Part shown: piece by piece, positions 22,842-30,963 of the stretch | Layout: each line of letters starts with the position of its first letter | Numbering within the stretch: the stretch's first letter is position 1 | Assembly: GCF_000940845.1 (NCBI RefSeq) | Contig: NZ_CP010341.1 | Span: 630,001-662,000 of the forward strand | Reading direction: 5' to 3' | Length of the DNA: 32,000 bases | DNA from: Propionibacterium freudenreichii subsp. freudenreichii | GTDB taxonomy: Bacteria; Actinomycetota; Actinomycetes; Propionibacteriales; Propionibacteriaceae | Translations under genes and position numbers: made by a program | The notes under the pieces: model-generated | Told to the model about the DNA's origin: nothing | Databases searched by the model: none | What the model saw: only the letters and a program-made list of their open reading frames with translations

Positions 22842-23489
22842 TCAGATGGACTTCAGCATGGTCTCGAAGTCATTCTTCAGCTCGAAGTCGTCGTCACCAT
22901 GGGAGGCCTTGTCGGTGTCCGAGCCGCTGAGCTCGTCGGTGTTCGGCACGCCGGCGCGCATGGCCAGCAGGCCCACGAAGGAGCCGGCGGCGTCCTCGGT
23001 GCGCTTGTCCAGCGATGCGGGGCTGCCCCAGTCATCGGTGGCGGCGAAGATAGACGTGGGCACCACCAGGGCGTGCAGGTAGTGGAACAGCGGCAGCAGC
23101 GCGCGATCGATCGCCAGCGAGTGGCGGGCGGTGCCGCCGGTGGCTCCCAGCAGCACCGGCTTGCCACGCAGGATGGCGTCGTCGGCCACCTCGAAGAACA
23201 ACGACAGCAGTGCGGCCGGCTGGGTGTTGTAGATGGGGCTCACCACGATGAGCGTGTCAGCGGCCTCCACTGATTCGATGGCCCCGGCCACACGGGGACT
23301 GGGAACGCGCGAGATCTCGGAGCTCATGAGTTCCGTGGCGATGTCGCGCAGCTCGATCACCTCGATGGGCTCGTCCAGCTCAAGGCCAGCGGCGCCGGCG
23401 TGCTTCACGGTGGCTGCCGCCAGGCGGTCCACCAGCATCCTGGTGGCCGAGGGCTGTCCCATGCCGGCGCTGATTGCGAGAACCTTCAT
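22842..23489 (-). CDS. NAD(P)H-dependent FMN reductase (partner reductase of the adjacent LLM monooxygenase)
   Basis: The ATG at 23489 follows AGGAGA. The sequence MKVLAISAGMGQPSATR...ADTLIVVSPIYNTQPAALLSLFFE...GKPVLLGATGGTARH is the SsuE/MsuE-type flavodoxin-like reductase pattern. The ORF-track start at 23597 is an extension. Confidence 0.85.
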   Translation of the reverse strand: MKVLAISAGMGQPSATRMLVDRLAAATVKHAGAAGLELDEPIEVIELRDIATELMSSEISRVPSPRVAGAIESVEAADTLIVVSPIYNTQPAALLSLFFEVADDAILRGKPVLLGATGGTARHSLAIDRALLPLFHYLHALVVPTSIFAATDDWGSPASLDKRTEDAAGSFVGLLAMRAGVPNTDELSGSDTDKASHGDDDFELKNDFETMLKSI

Positions 23490-23564
23490 GCTTGCGTGTC
23501 TCCTGTGACATATCGGTCGTGCTGGGGTCTTGCCGGGTCCGGTGGGGGACCCCTGGACGTGCGG

Positions 23565-23592
23565 GCGACGGCCGGCGTGCACCGGCCGTCGC
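23565..23592 (-). other. Intercistronic hairpin between the LLM and FMN reductase genes (11-bp stem)
   Basis: gcgacggccgg / cgtgca / ccggccgtcgc, 8 nt past the LLM stop (TAA, 23600-23602). Confidence 0.5.
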
Positions 23593-23599
23593 AACACGC

Positions 23600-24796
23600 T
23601 TACTTCTCGAACACCGAGTCCGGCGGCTCAGGGGCGTCGGAGGTGCCGGTCACATCATCGGCACCGACCTTGACGTGCTCCACGGGGGCAACCCCGGCGG
23701 CGTCGCGGGCGGCGACCAGCGAGGCGTGCGTGGGGGCATCCGGGATGTCGTCGGGACGTCCCTCGAGGAAGCCCTTGCGCATCTCCGGGAGGATCTCCCC
23801 GAGCAGGTCGAGCTGCTCAAGCACCGTCTTGATGGGCAGGCCGGCGTGATCGATGAGGAACATCTGGCGCTGGTAGTGGCCGACGTCGTCCTTGAAGCTC
23901 AGCGTGCGCTCGAGCACCTGCTGGGGCGAGCCGACGGTCAGCGGCGTGTACTCGGTGAACTCCTCCATCGATGGCCCGTGACCGTACACCGGCGCATTGT
24001 CGAAGTAGGGACGGTATTCCTTGATGGCGTCCTGCGAGTTCTTGCGCATGAAGAACTGGCCACCCAGGCCGACGATCGCCTGGTCGTAGCGGCCGTGCCC
24101 GTAGTGCTCATAGCGGCGACGGTAGAGGTCGACCATGCGCTTGGTGTGGTTCATCGTCCAGAAGATGTTGTTGTGGAAGAAGCCATCACCGTAGTAGGCC
24201 GCCTGCTCGGCGATCTCGGGGGAGCGGATCGACCCGTGCCACACGAAGGGCGGCACATCGTCGAGGGGGCGCGGAATCGCGGTGAAGCCCTGCAGCGGCG
24301 TGCGGAACTTGCCCTGCCAGTCCACCACTTCCTCGCGCCACAGGCGGTGGAGCAGGTTGTAGTTCTCCAGCGCCAAGTTGATGCCTTGGCGAATGTCCTT
24401 GCCGAACCACGGGTAGACGGGGCCGGTGTTGCCGCGGCCCAGCATGAGGTCAACGCGACCGTCGGCCAGGTGTTGCAGCATCGCATAGTCCTCGGCGATC
24501 TTCACCGGGTCATCGGTGGTGATCAGCGTGGTGGCGGTGGACAGCGTGATCTTGCTGGTCTGCGCAGCCAACCAACCCAGCGTGGTGGTCGGCGACGACG
24601 AGACGAAAGGGGGATTGTGGTGCTCGCCGAGCGCGAAGGCGTCCAGGCCGATCTCCTCGGCCTTCTTCACGATGAGCGCGTAGTTCTTCAGGCGCTCATG
24701 CTCGGTGGGAGTGATGCCAGTGGTCGGATCAGGCGTCAGATCAGAGACGCTGAAGATGCCGATCTGTACCGGCACACGGTTCTCGGTGGTGTCCAT
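23600..24796 (-). CDS. LLM-class (luciferase-like) FMN-dependent monooxygenase/oxidoreductase
   Basis: 398 aa. The sequence ...IGIFSVSDL...LDAFALGEHHNPPF...TTLITTDDPVKIAEDYAMLQHLADGRVDLMLGRGN... is typical of bacterial luciferase-like TIM-barrel flavoenzymes. Confidence 0.88.
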   Translation of the reverse strand: MDTTENRVPVQIGIFSVSDLTPDPTTGITPTEHERLKNYALIVKKAEEIGLDAFALGEHHNPPFVSSSPTTTLGWLAAQTSKITLSTATTLITTDDPVKIAEDYAMLQHLADGRVDLMLGRGNTGPVYPWFGKDIRQGINLALENYNLLHRLWREEVVDWQGKFRTPLQGFTAIPRPLDDVPPFVWHGSIRSPEIAEQAAYYGDGFFHNNIFWTMNHTKRMVDLYRRRYEHYGHGRYDQAIVGLGGQFFMRKNSQDAIKEYRPYFDNAPVYGHGPSMEEFTEYTPLTVGSPQQVLERTLSFKDDVGHYQRQMFLIDHAGLPIKTVLEQLDLLGEILPEMRKGFLEGRPDDIPDAPTHASLVAARDAAGVAPVEHVKVGADDVTGTSDAPEPPDSVFEK

Positions 24797-24809
24797 GAAG
24801 CCCCCAAAG

Positions 24810-24827
24810 TAGTTGAGATTGCAACTA
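24810..24827. promoter_or_regulatory. Candidate operator: inverted repeat TAGTTG-N6-CAACTA in an AT-rich patch just upstream of the LLM gene
   Basis: tagttgagattgcaacta lies 14 nt upstream of the LLM ATG on the minus strand. A TANNNT-like TAGACT (minus strand, plus coordinates 24836-24841) lies just upstream of it. Confidence 0.3.
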
Positions 24828-24939
24828 ATAACGTCAGTCTAGCCTCTTCTATTCCCCGGGGGGAGGGCCCCGCGGGGCTCACAGCTGCCGGGGGATCGGA
24901 GGGGGTCAGCTTGTGGCGATGGACGCTCCCGAACACGCG

Positions 24940-24979
24940 TTGAAGGGGGCCGCGGCCACATGGCCACGACCCCCTTCAA
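24940..24979 (-). terminator. Strong hairpin between the binding-protein gene and the LLM gene
   Basis: The outer 10-bp arms are ttgaaggggg ... cccccttcaa, with an inner ggcc/acat/ggcc. It is 68 nt past the binding-protein stop at 25047. No U-tract. Confidence 0.5.
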
Positions 24980-25046
24980 TGTGCTGTCAGGTGGTGCTCC
25001 GCGTCGCCGTCATGGGGACGACGTGGGCTTCAACCTCAATATGTGA

Positions 25047-26765
25047 TCAGTCCTTCTGCCACCCGATGTTCTCGGGGAAGTCGCCGATCTGAGTGCGGAT
25101 CGTGGAGTACACGCCCGCGCCCACATTGGCCAGGCCCTTCTTCACTGCGAAAATCTCAGGGCCGTTGTAGATGGGCACGATCCCGAAGGTCTGCAAGGCC
25201 TGCACCTCGAGCTCATTGGCCTTGGATTCCTGCTGCTCGGCGGTTTCCAGGGACATCAGGCCACCGGGGCCCTTGATGAGATTGTCCATCTCGGCGGTGC
25301 CGGTGCCCGACTTGTTGAGCGTGGAGTCGGAGCAATAGGTCTGGCAGAAGAAGGCGACGCCGTTGGGATCGGTGGAGGCGAAGCCGGAGATCAGCAGGTC
25401 GAAGTCCCGGTTCTTCACCGTGGTGGAGAAGTCCTTTGTGGACTTCTGAATGATCTGCACGTCGATCCCGATGGCCTTCATCTGGGTCTGGAAGGCCTGG
25501 TACATCGCCTTGGAGGTGGTGCTTGAGCTGAACAGCGGCAGCCGCAGGCTCAATGGCCTGCCATCCTTGGCATAGAGACCATCGGAGCCCTTCGCGTAGC
25601 CAGCATCCTCAAGGCCCTTGGTAGCGGCGGCGGTATCGGTCTTCGGGACCACCTTGGTCCAATTGTCCTGATAGCCCTTCTGGAAGGGATACAGGACGAA
25701 CGAGCCGCCGAGGGTCTCTGAGTAGTCAAGGCCCTGGAAGAGCACCTGTTGCAGCTGGGCACGGTTGATGCCCGTGGCGATCGCCTTGCGCACTGCGGTG
25801 TCGCTGAGCAGGTCCGACTTCGAGTTCATGGTGAGCAGGTAGTTGGCTGCCCGCGTGCCTCGCCGGATATCGGTATTTGCCACGCCGGTCACCTGGGTGA
25901 GCAATTCCGAGGTAGCGGTTTCGACGGTGTCGGCCTCGCCATTCTTGTAGGCATTCACCTGGGCCTGCACATCAGCACGCACGGTGTAGGTGATCTTGTC
26001 GAGCTTCCCCTTGTCGCCCCACCAATTGGGGTTGCGTTCGAAGGTGACCACGCCAGCATTGGCGTCAAAGCCGGTGAGCGCATAGGGGCCGGCGCCCCAC
26101 TCGGGATGGGCGCTGGCCAGCGTGCCGCCGGTGTAGCCGTTGTTGAAGATGTCAGCGCTGTTGACGGCGGGATGAAGCACATTGTTGAACAGGCTGGAGT
26201 ACCAGGGATAGGGCCCGGTGAAAGTGACAACGGCCGTCTTGGCATTGTCGCCGGCCTTCACCGAGTCGATGAGGTTGTAGCCATCGGTGCTGTTGGCGCT
26301 GTACTCGGTGTCCTTGCCGTTGTTGGCTTGCCACGTGGCCTGGAAGGCAGTCCAGTCGAGGTCGGTGCCGTCGTTGAACTTGGCCTTGTCGTTGATCTTG
26401 TAGGTGACGACCGTTTTGCCGTCCTTGAGCTCGGAGTTCACCGACTCGAGGTAGTTCTTGTCCAGCTTCATGTCGCCGCTGGGGGTGAACTTGATGAGCA
26501 CCGGGTTGTACCAGTTCCACAGGGTGTGGGTGTCGGTGCTCATGTTCGCCTGGAACTGGTTGAGCTGCGGCGTGATCTCGCCGATGGAGAGGTTCAGGTT
26601 GCCGCCGTCCTTGAGGTTCGTGGCGGCCTGCTCATTGATCGAGTAGCTGAACTTTGTACTGTCGTTTCCCGACTTGGTGGACGAGCTCGTGTTCGAGCCA
26701 CAGCCAGCAAGCGCGAGCGCCAGCACAGCGACACCGGCAAACGCCTTCGTCGTGGTGGATCGCAT
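25047..26765 (-). CDS. ABC transporter substrate-binding lipoprotein, family 5 (peptide/nickel/opine type)
   Basis: The ATG at 26765 sits 9 nt after AAGGAG. The sequence is MRSTTTKAFAGVAVLALALAGCGS (signal peptide plus lipobox L-A-G-C), with OppA/DppA-like length and composition. The GTG at 26774 abuts the SD and is less likely. Confidence 0.88.
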   Translation of the reverse strand: MRSTTTKAFAGVAVLALALAGCGSNTSSSTKSGNDSTKFSYSINEQAATNLKDGGNLNLSIGEITPQLNQFQANMSTDTHTLWNWYNPVLIKFTPSGDMKLDKNYLESVNSELKDGKTVVTYKINDKAKFNDGTDLDWTAFQATWQANNGKDTEYSANSTDGYNLIDSVKAGDNAKTAVVTFTGPYPWYSSLFNNVLHPAVNSADIFNNGYTGGTLASAHPEWGAGPYALTGFDANAGVVTFERNPNWWGDKGKLDKITYTVRADVQAQVNAYKNGEADTVETATSELLTQVTGVANTDIRRGTRAANYLLTMNSKSDLLSDTAVRKAIATGINRAQLQQVLFQGLDYSETLGGSFVLYPFQKGYQDNWTKVVPKTDTAAATKGLEDAGYAKGSDGLYAKDGRPLSLRLPLFSSSTTSKAMYQAFQTQMKAIGIDVQIIQKSTKDFSTTVKNRDFDLLISGFASTDPNGVAFFCQTYCSDSTLNKSGTGTAEMDNLIKGPGGLMSLETAEQQESKANELEVQALQTFGIVPIYNGPEIFAVKKGLANVGAGVYSTIRTQIGDFPENIGWQKD

Positions 26766-26835
26766 GGTCTTCACTCCTTGCCTTCATTGGTTGGGTGGGT
26801 GAGCGGGTCTTCTGCTGACTATGTCAGCACATTCT

Positions 26836-28935
26836 TCAGCGAAAATGGCACGCGACGAGATGGTCGACGCCTTCGCCCCCGTGCAGTGCCGGCGTCTCAT
26901 GGAGACACCGGGCCCGATCCTGCTCGGGAAGCGTCTGGAACAACGGGCAGCGGCTTGCGAAACGGCAGCCGGGCTCGTTGTCAGTGGGGGAGGGCAGATC
27001 GCCCTTGAGGACGACGCGTGATCTGCTGCGCTCCACAGTGGGATCAGGAATCGGGATCGCCGACAGCAATGCCTGGGTATAGGGGTGGCGGCTCTCGTCG
27101 AAGACGGCATCCACGTCGCCGATCTCGACGATCGCGCCCAGATAGAGCACGGCCACCCGGTCGGAGATGTGGCGCACCACTGACAGGTCGTGGGCCACCA
27201 GCAGATAGCTCAGCTCGAGCTTGGCCTGCAGCTCGGCGAGCAGGTTGATCACGCCGGCCTGGATCGACACGTCCAGGGCGGACACCGGCTCGTCCAGCGC
27301 CAGCACCTTCGGATTCGTGGCCAGGGCGCGGGCGATGCCGATGCGCTGGCGCTGACCGCCCGAGAAGGCTCCCGGGAAGCGATCGATGTGTGCCGGGTCA
27401 AGGCCCACCAGGTTCATCAGCTCATTGACCCGCGCCTCGATGCCATCGCGGGGAAAGCCGAGCGTGTGCAGCGGTTCGGCGATGATGTCGTAGACGGTGA
27501 AGCGGGGATCGAGGGCGCCCATGGGGTCCTGGAAGACCATCTGGATATTGCGGCGCTCGGCGCGGCGCTGGGCGCGGGACAGTGTCTTGAGCCGCTTGCC
27601 GTCCAGCTCGATCTCGCCCACGGTGTCATGGCTCATGGCCATGATCTCCAACAGCGTGGTCGACTTTCCGCTGCCGGACTCACCGACGATGGACAGCGTC
27701 TCACCGGCCCGCACATCGAAGCTGATGTCGTCGACCGCATAGACCGAGCCCACGCGACGCTTGAGCAGCGCACCCTTGATGAGTGGGAAGGTCTTCACCA
27801 GGTGGTCCACCTTGATGGTGGTGGCACGCTCGTCGCGCGGCGTCTCACGGATGTCGCTAGCGGGACGCGGCGGCACCGGAAATACCGGCTTGCCATCGAT
27901 CTCGCCCCCATGGATCTCGCCGGAACGCCAACAGGCGGAGCTGTGCAGCAGTTCGGCCTCGCCCGGGGCGGTGTCAGGGTGCGAGATCGTCTGGTCAATC
28001 GTGTCGATCACCTCAAGGCCCGGCTCCCGGGTGCGGCAATGATCCACGGCGACGGGGCAGCGCGGGGCGAAGGGACAGCCGTCGGGCAGGTTGATCAGGA
28101 TGGGCGGATTGCCCTTGATCGGCACCAGGGGAGCGTTGTCGTTGTGGTGCACCTTGGGGATCGCGCCCAGCAGTCCGAGCGTGTAGGGCATGCGCGGGTG
28201 GGAGAAGACCTCGTAGACGGGGGCCTGCTCCACCGGCTTGCCGGCATACATCACCAGCACCTCGTCGGCCGATCCGGCGATCACGCCCATGTCATGGGTG
28301 ATGAGGATCACCGCGGCATGGGTCTCGCGCTGGGCCACCTTGAGCAGGTCGAGGATCTGCGCCTGGATCGTCACGTCAAGCGCGGTGGTGGGCTCATCGG
28401 CGATGATCACCCGTGGGTTGTTGGCCATGGCGATGGCGATGACCACCCGTTGGCGCATGCCGCCGCTGAACTCGTGGGGGAATGACTTCACGCGGGTGGC
28501 GGGATTGGGGATGCCCACCAATCCGAGCAATTCGATGGCGCGCGCCCGGGCGTCCGATTCGGAGATGTGCGGGTTCTTGGCCTTGAGCGCCTCGATGATC
28601 TGGTCACCCACCGAGAACACGGGGGTGAGGCTCGACAGCGGGTCCTGGAAGATCATCGCGATGTCGTTGCCGCGGTGCCTGGTCATCTGCTGGTCTGACC
28701 GGCCGAGGAGCTCGGTGCCGTCGAAGGTGACCGAGCCGGTGACCTTCGCGGAATCGGCGAGCAGGCCGATGATCGCCAGCGAGGTGACCGACTTTCCGGA
28801 GCCCGATTCGCCGACGATGCCCAGGGTGCGGCCGGGGTACAGGTCGAAGGAGACGCCGCGCACGGCATCGACCACCCCAGCCTCGCTGGGGAAGGACACA
28901 TGCAGGTCGTTGACGGACAGAATCGGATCGGTCAT
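26836..28935 (-). CDS. ABC transporter ATP-binding protein with two fused Opp/Dpp-type ATPase domains
   Basis: 699 aa from ATG 28935 (GGAGG upstream; ATGA overlap with the permease stop). There are two Walker A motifs (GESGSGKS x2), two signature motifs ([16 protein letters not shown]) and two Walker B motifs (IIADEPT, LALDEPV). A Cys-rich oligopeptide-ABC C-terminal motif follows each half. Confidence 0.93.
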   Translation of the reverse strand: MTDPILSVNDLHVSFPSEAGVVDAVRGVSFDLYPGRTLGIVGESGSGKSVTSLAIIGLLADSAKVTGSVTFDGTELLGRSDQQMTRHRGNDIAMIFQDPLSSLTPVFSVGDQIIEALKAKNPHISESDARARAIELLGLVGIPNPATRVKSFPHEFSGGMRQRVVIAIAMANNPRVIIADEPTTALDVTIQAQILDLLKVAQRETHAAVILITHDMGVIAGSADEVLVMYAGKPVEQAPVYEVFSHPRMPYTLGLLGAIPKVHHNDNAPLVPIKGNPPILINLPDGCPFAPRCPVAVDHCRTREPGLEVIDTIDQTISHPDTAPGEAELLHSSACWRSGEIHGGEIDGKPVFPVPPRPASDIRETPRDERATTIKVDHLVKTFPLIKGALLKRRVGSVYAVDDISFDVRAGETLSIVGESGSGKSTTLLEIMAMSHDTVGEIELDGKRLKTLSRAQRRAERRNIQMVFQDPMGALDPRFTVYDIIAEPLHTLGFPRDGIEARVNELMNLVGLDPAHIDRFPGAFSGGQRQRIGIARALATNPKVLALDEPVSALDVSIQAGVINLLAELQAKLELSYLLVAHDLSVVRHISDRVAVLYLGAIVEIGDVDAVFDESRHPYTQALLSAIPIPDPTVERSRSRVVLKGDLPSPTDNEPGCRFASRCPLFQTLPEQDRARCLHETPALHGGEGVDHLVACHFR

Positions 28936-29918
28936 GCCCGGCCTCCGGCTGCTGAGTTCGGGTCGAGCGCATCGCGCAGACCATCGGAAATGAGTGCCAC
29001 CGACACGGTGAGCAGGGTAAGGGTGCCGGCTGAGAACCAGAACAGCCACGGCGTGCTGGAAATTGCTGAGACGCCGCTCTGCAGCATTGTGCCCAGCGAG
29101 ACGTCGGGGATCTTCACTCCGAAGCCCAGGAATGACAGGCCGGTCTCGGTCATCACGGTGCTCACCACGCCCAGCGTGAACTGGATCACCAGCAGGGAGC
29201 CGATATTGGGCACCATGTGGCGGATCACCACCGACGGCCCGCGGGCCCCCATGAAGCGCGCGGCGGAGATGTACTCGCGCTCACGCACCGAGGTGGACAG
29301 CGACCAGATGACACGGGCCGGATACATCCAGCCGAAGATGATCATCACCACTATGAGCATCTGCCAGGCGCCCGAGTAGTGGTTGGCGATGAGCGCCATG
29401 AGCAGGAAGCTCGGCAGGATGAGCAGGAAGTTGATCACGGCCAGCACGATGCGCTCGGTGAGGCCGGCCAGGTAGGCCGCCAGCGCGCTGATGAATGCGG
29501 CGAACAGCGTGGTGACCAACGAGACCGAGACGGCGATGGTCATGGAACGGCCGATGCCGTGCATCAACATGGCGAAGACGTCGATGCCGCCAGAGTTGGT
29601 GCCGAACAGGTGGGTGGCGTTGACCAGCGTGCCATCGGGACGTACCACCGAGCCCGGGGTTCCGGGTTGGGCACCCAGCGCCGCGAAGTCCATGTCGGTG
29701 TACTGGAAGGGCGTGAGCCTGCCGCCCACCAGTGAGCACAGCACGAGAAAGGCGAAGACGCCCAGCCCCACCACGGCCGGCTTGTTGCGCCAGAAGCGAC
29801 GCACGTACAACCGCATGCGGCGCGTGCGGTGTGCCGGCAGGTTGAGATTCTGGTCGCCGTCGGCGGTGGCGACATAACCCGACTCATCGGGAACGAGCTG
29901 ATCAGGGGTCTGGCTCAT
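28932..29918 (-). CDS. ABC transporter permease (DppC/OppC-like)
   Basis: 328 aa, multi-TM. The EAA-like loop is ...[27 protein letters not shown]... Confidence 0.9.
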   Translation of the reverse strand: MSQTPDQLVPDESGYVATADGDQNLNLPAHRTRRMRLYVRRFWRNKPAVVGLGVFAFLVLCSLVGGRLTPFQYTDMDFAALGAQPGTPGSVVRPDGTLVNATHLFGTNSGGIDVFAMLMHGIGRSMTIAVSVSLVTTLFAAFISALAAYLAGLTERIVLAVINFLLILPSFLLMALIANHYSGAWQMLIVVMIIFGWMYPARVIWSLSTSVREREYISAARFMGARGPSVVIRHMVPNIGSLLVIQFTLGVVSTVMTETGLSFLGFGVKIPDVSLGTMLQSGVSAISSTPWLFWFSAGTLTLLTVSVALISDGLRDALDPNSAAGGRA

Positions 29919-29919
29919 C

Positions 29920-30903
29920 TCAGCTCACCTTCACTCGGGGATCCAGGAGCACCACGAAGATGTCGGCCAGGATGGCGCCCACGGCGGTCATGGCCGCGGC
30001 AAAGGCGGCCACCGCCACCACGCCATGGATGTCGTTCTTCGCGATGGTGGTGACGAAATAGTCACCCATGCCCTGCCAGCCGAAGATCTTCTCGGTGAGT
30101 ACCGCGCCGGTGAAGATGCCCGGAATGGCGAACGCCACCTGGGTGGCCACCGGAATGATCGAGGTGCGCAGTGCGTGGCGGCGGATGGCCTGGGGCTTGG
30201 TCAGGCCCTTCGCCCGGGCGGTGCGCACATAGTCGGCATTGATGTTGTCAAGCAACAGGGAGCGCTGCATGAAGTGATAGCTGGCGTAGTTGATGAACAA
30301 CAGGCACAGGGTGGGCAGGATGAGGTGCTGCGCCTTGTCGAGCAGCACCGGGAAGAAGCCGTGCACCCCGATGCTTGCCGAGCCGGTGACGAAGAAGATG
30401 CGCTGGCCGGCGGCACCGTTGATGGCGATGGCGGCGATCACGGCCACCATGGACGCCACGACGATGTGGGTGTTCATGGCCACGATCGAGAGCGCCTGGA
30501 AGATGCGGTCACCCAGCTTGTACTGGCGCGAGGCAGTGTAGACGCCCACCGCGATGCCCACCGCGCAGGCCAGGATGGTGGCCCCGAGCATGAGCTGGGC
30601 GGAGTTCCACACCCGGAATGCCACCTGGGTGTTGACGGCCTGGCCGTCGGGTGACATGCCCCAGTTCCAGTGCAGCAGCACGTCTTGCAGCCAGGTCCAC
30701 CAACGATCGATCAACGAGACCGTGGGATCCAGGTTGTAGGGATGCAGCATCCGGTCGATCTGGTCATCGGGAATTGGGGGATTCCGTTCGAGATAGTTCG
30801 CCCTTGGGTCAAGGAACAGGCTGGCGAGGAAGTAGGTGAGGTTGGTGGCCAGGAAGATCATTCCGATCCAGCCCAGCACCCGGCGCAGCAGATACTTGAT
30901 CAC
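29920..30903 (-). CDS. ABC transporter permease (DppB/OppB-like)
   Basis: The GTG at 30903 gives (M)IKYLLRRVLGWIGMIFLATNLTYFL..., the canonical DppB-type N-terminus, and ...ADYVRTARAKGLTKPQAIRRHALR.... The ORF-track start at 31113 runs into the IS66 gene and is rejected. Confidence 0.88.
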   Translation of the reverse strand: MIKYLLRRVLGWIGMIFLATNLTYFLASLFLDPRANYLERNPPIPDDQIDRMLHPYNLDPTVSLIDRWWTWLQDVLLHWNWGMSPDGQAVNTQVAFRVWNSAQLMLGATILACAVGIAVGVYTASRQYKLGDRIFQALSIVAMNTHIVVASMVAVIAAIAINGAAGQRIFFVTGSASIGVHGFFPVLLDKAQHLILPTLCLLFINYASYHFMQRSLLLDNINADYVRTARAKGLTKPQAIRRHALRTSIIPVATQVAFAIPGIFTGAVLTEKIFGWQGMGDYFVTTIAKNDIHGVVAVAAFAAAMTAVGAILADIFVVLLDPRVKVS

Positions 30904-30963
30904 GCCGGCACCCCGCGGCCGACGCGCAGTGCGTGACTGCTCAGCAGCGTCGCTTTCGGTTGC

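Noticed and set aside
22595-22930. ORFs 22595..22822 (minus, 75 aa) and 22706..22930 (plus, 74 aa)
   Set aside because: They run through the E2 hairpin and terminator region and into the FMN reductase gene in the wrong frame. Their composition is Ser/Arg/Pro-rich noise.
26813-26829. Small palindrome tgctgac-tat-gtcagca between the ATPase stop and the binding-protein gene
   Set aside because: A 7-bp stem in a 70-nt intercistronic gap is too weak and isolated to interpret, and could easily arise by chance.
23474-28485. Plus-strand ORFs 23474..24943 (489 aa), 25749..27008 (419 aa) and 27190..28485 (431 aa) antisense to the LLM, binding-protein and ATPase genes
   Set aside because: They are shadow ORFs with repetitive Gly/Val/Arg/Asp/His composition. 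The minus-strand products carry clear family motifs.
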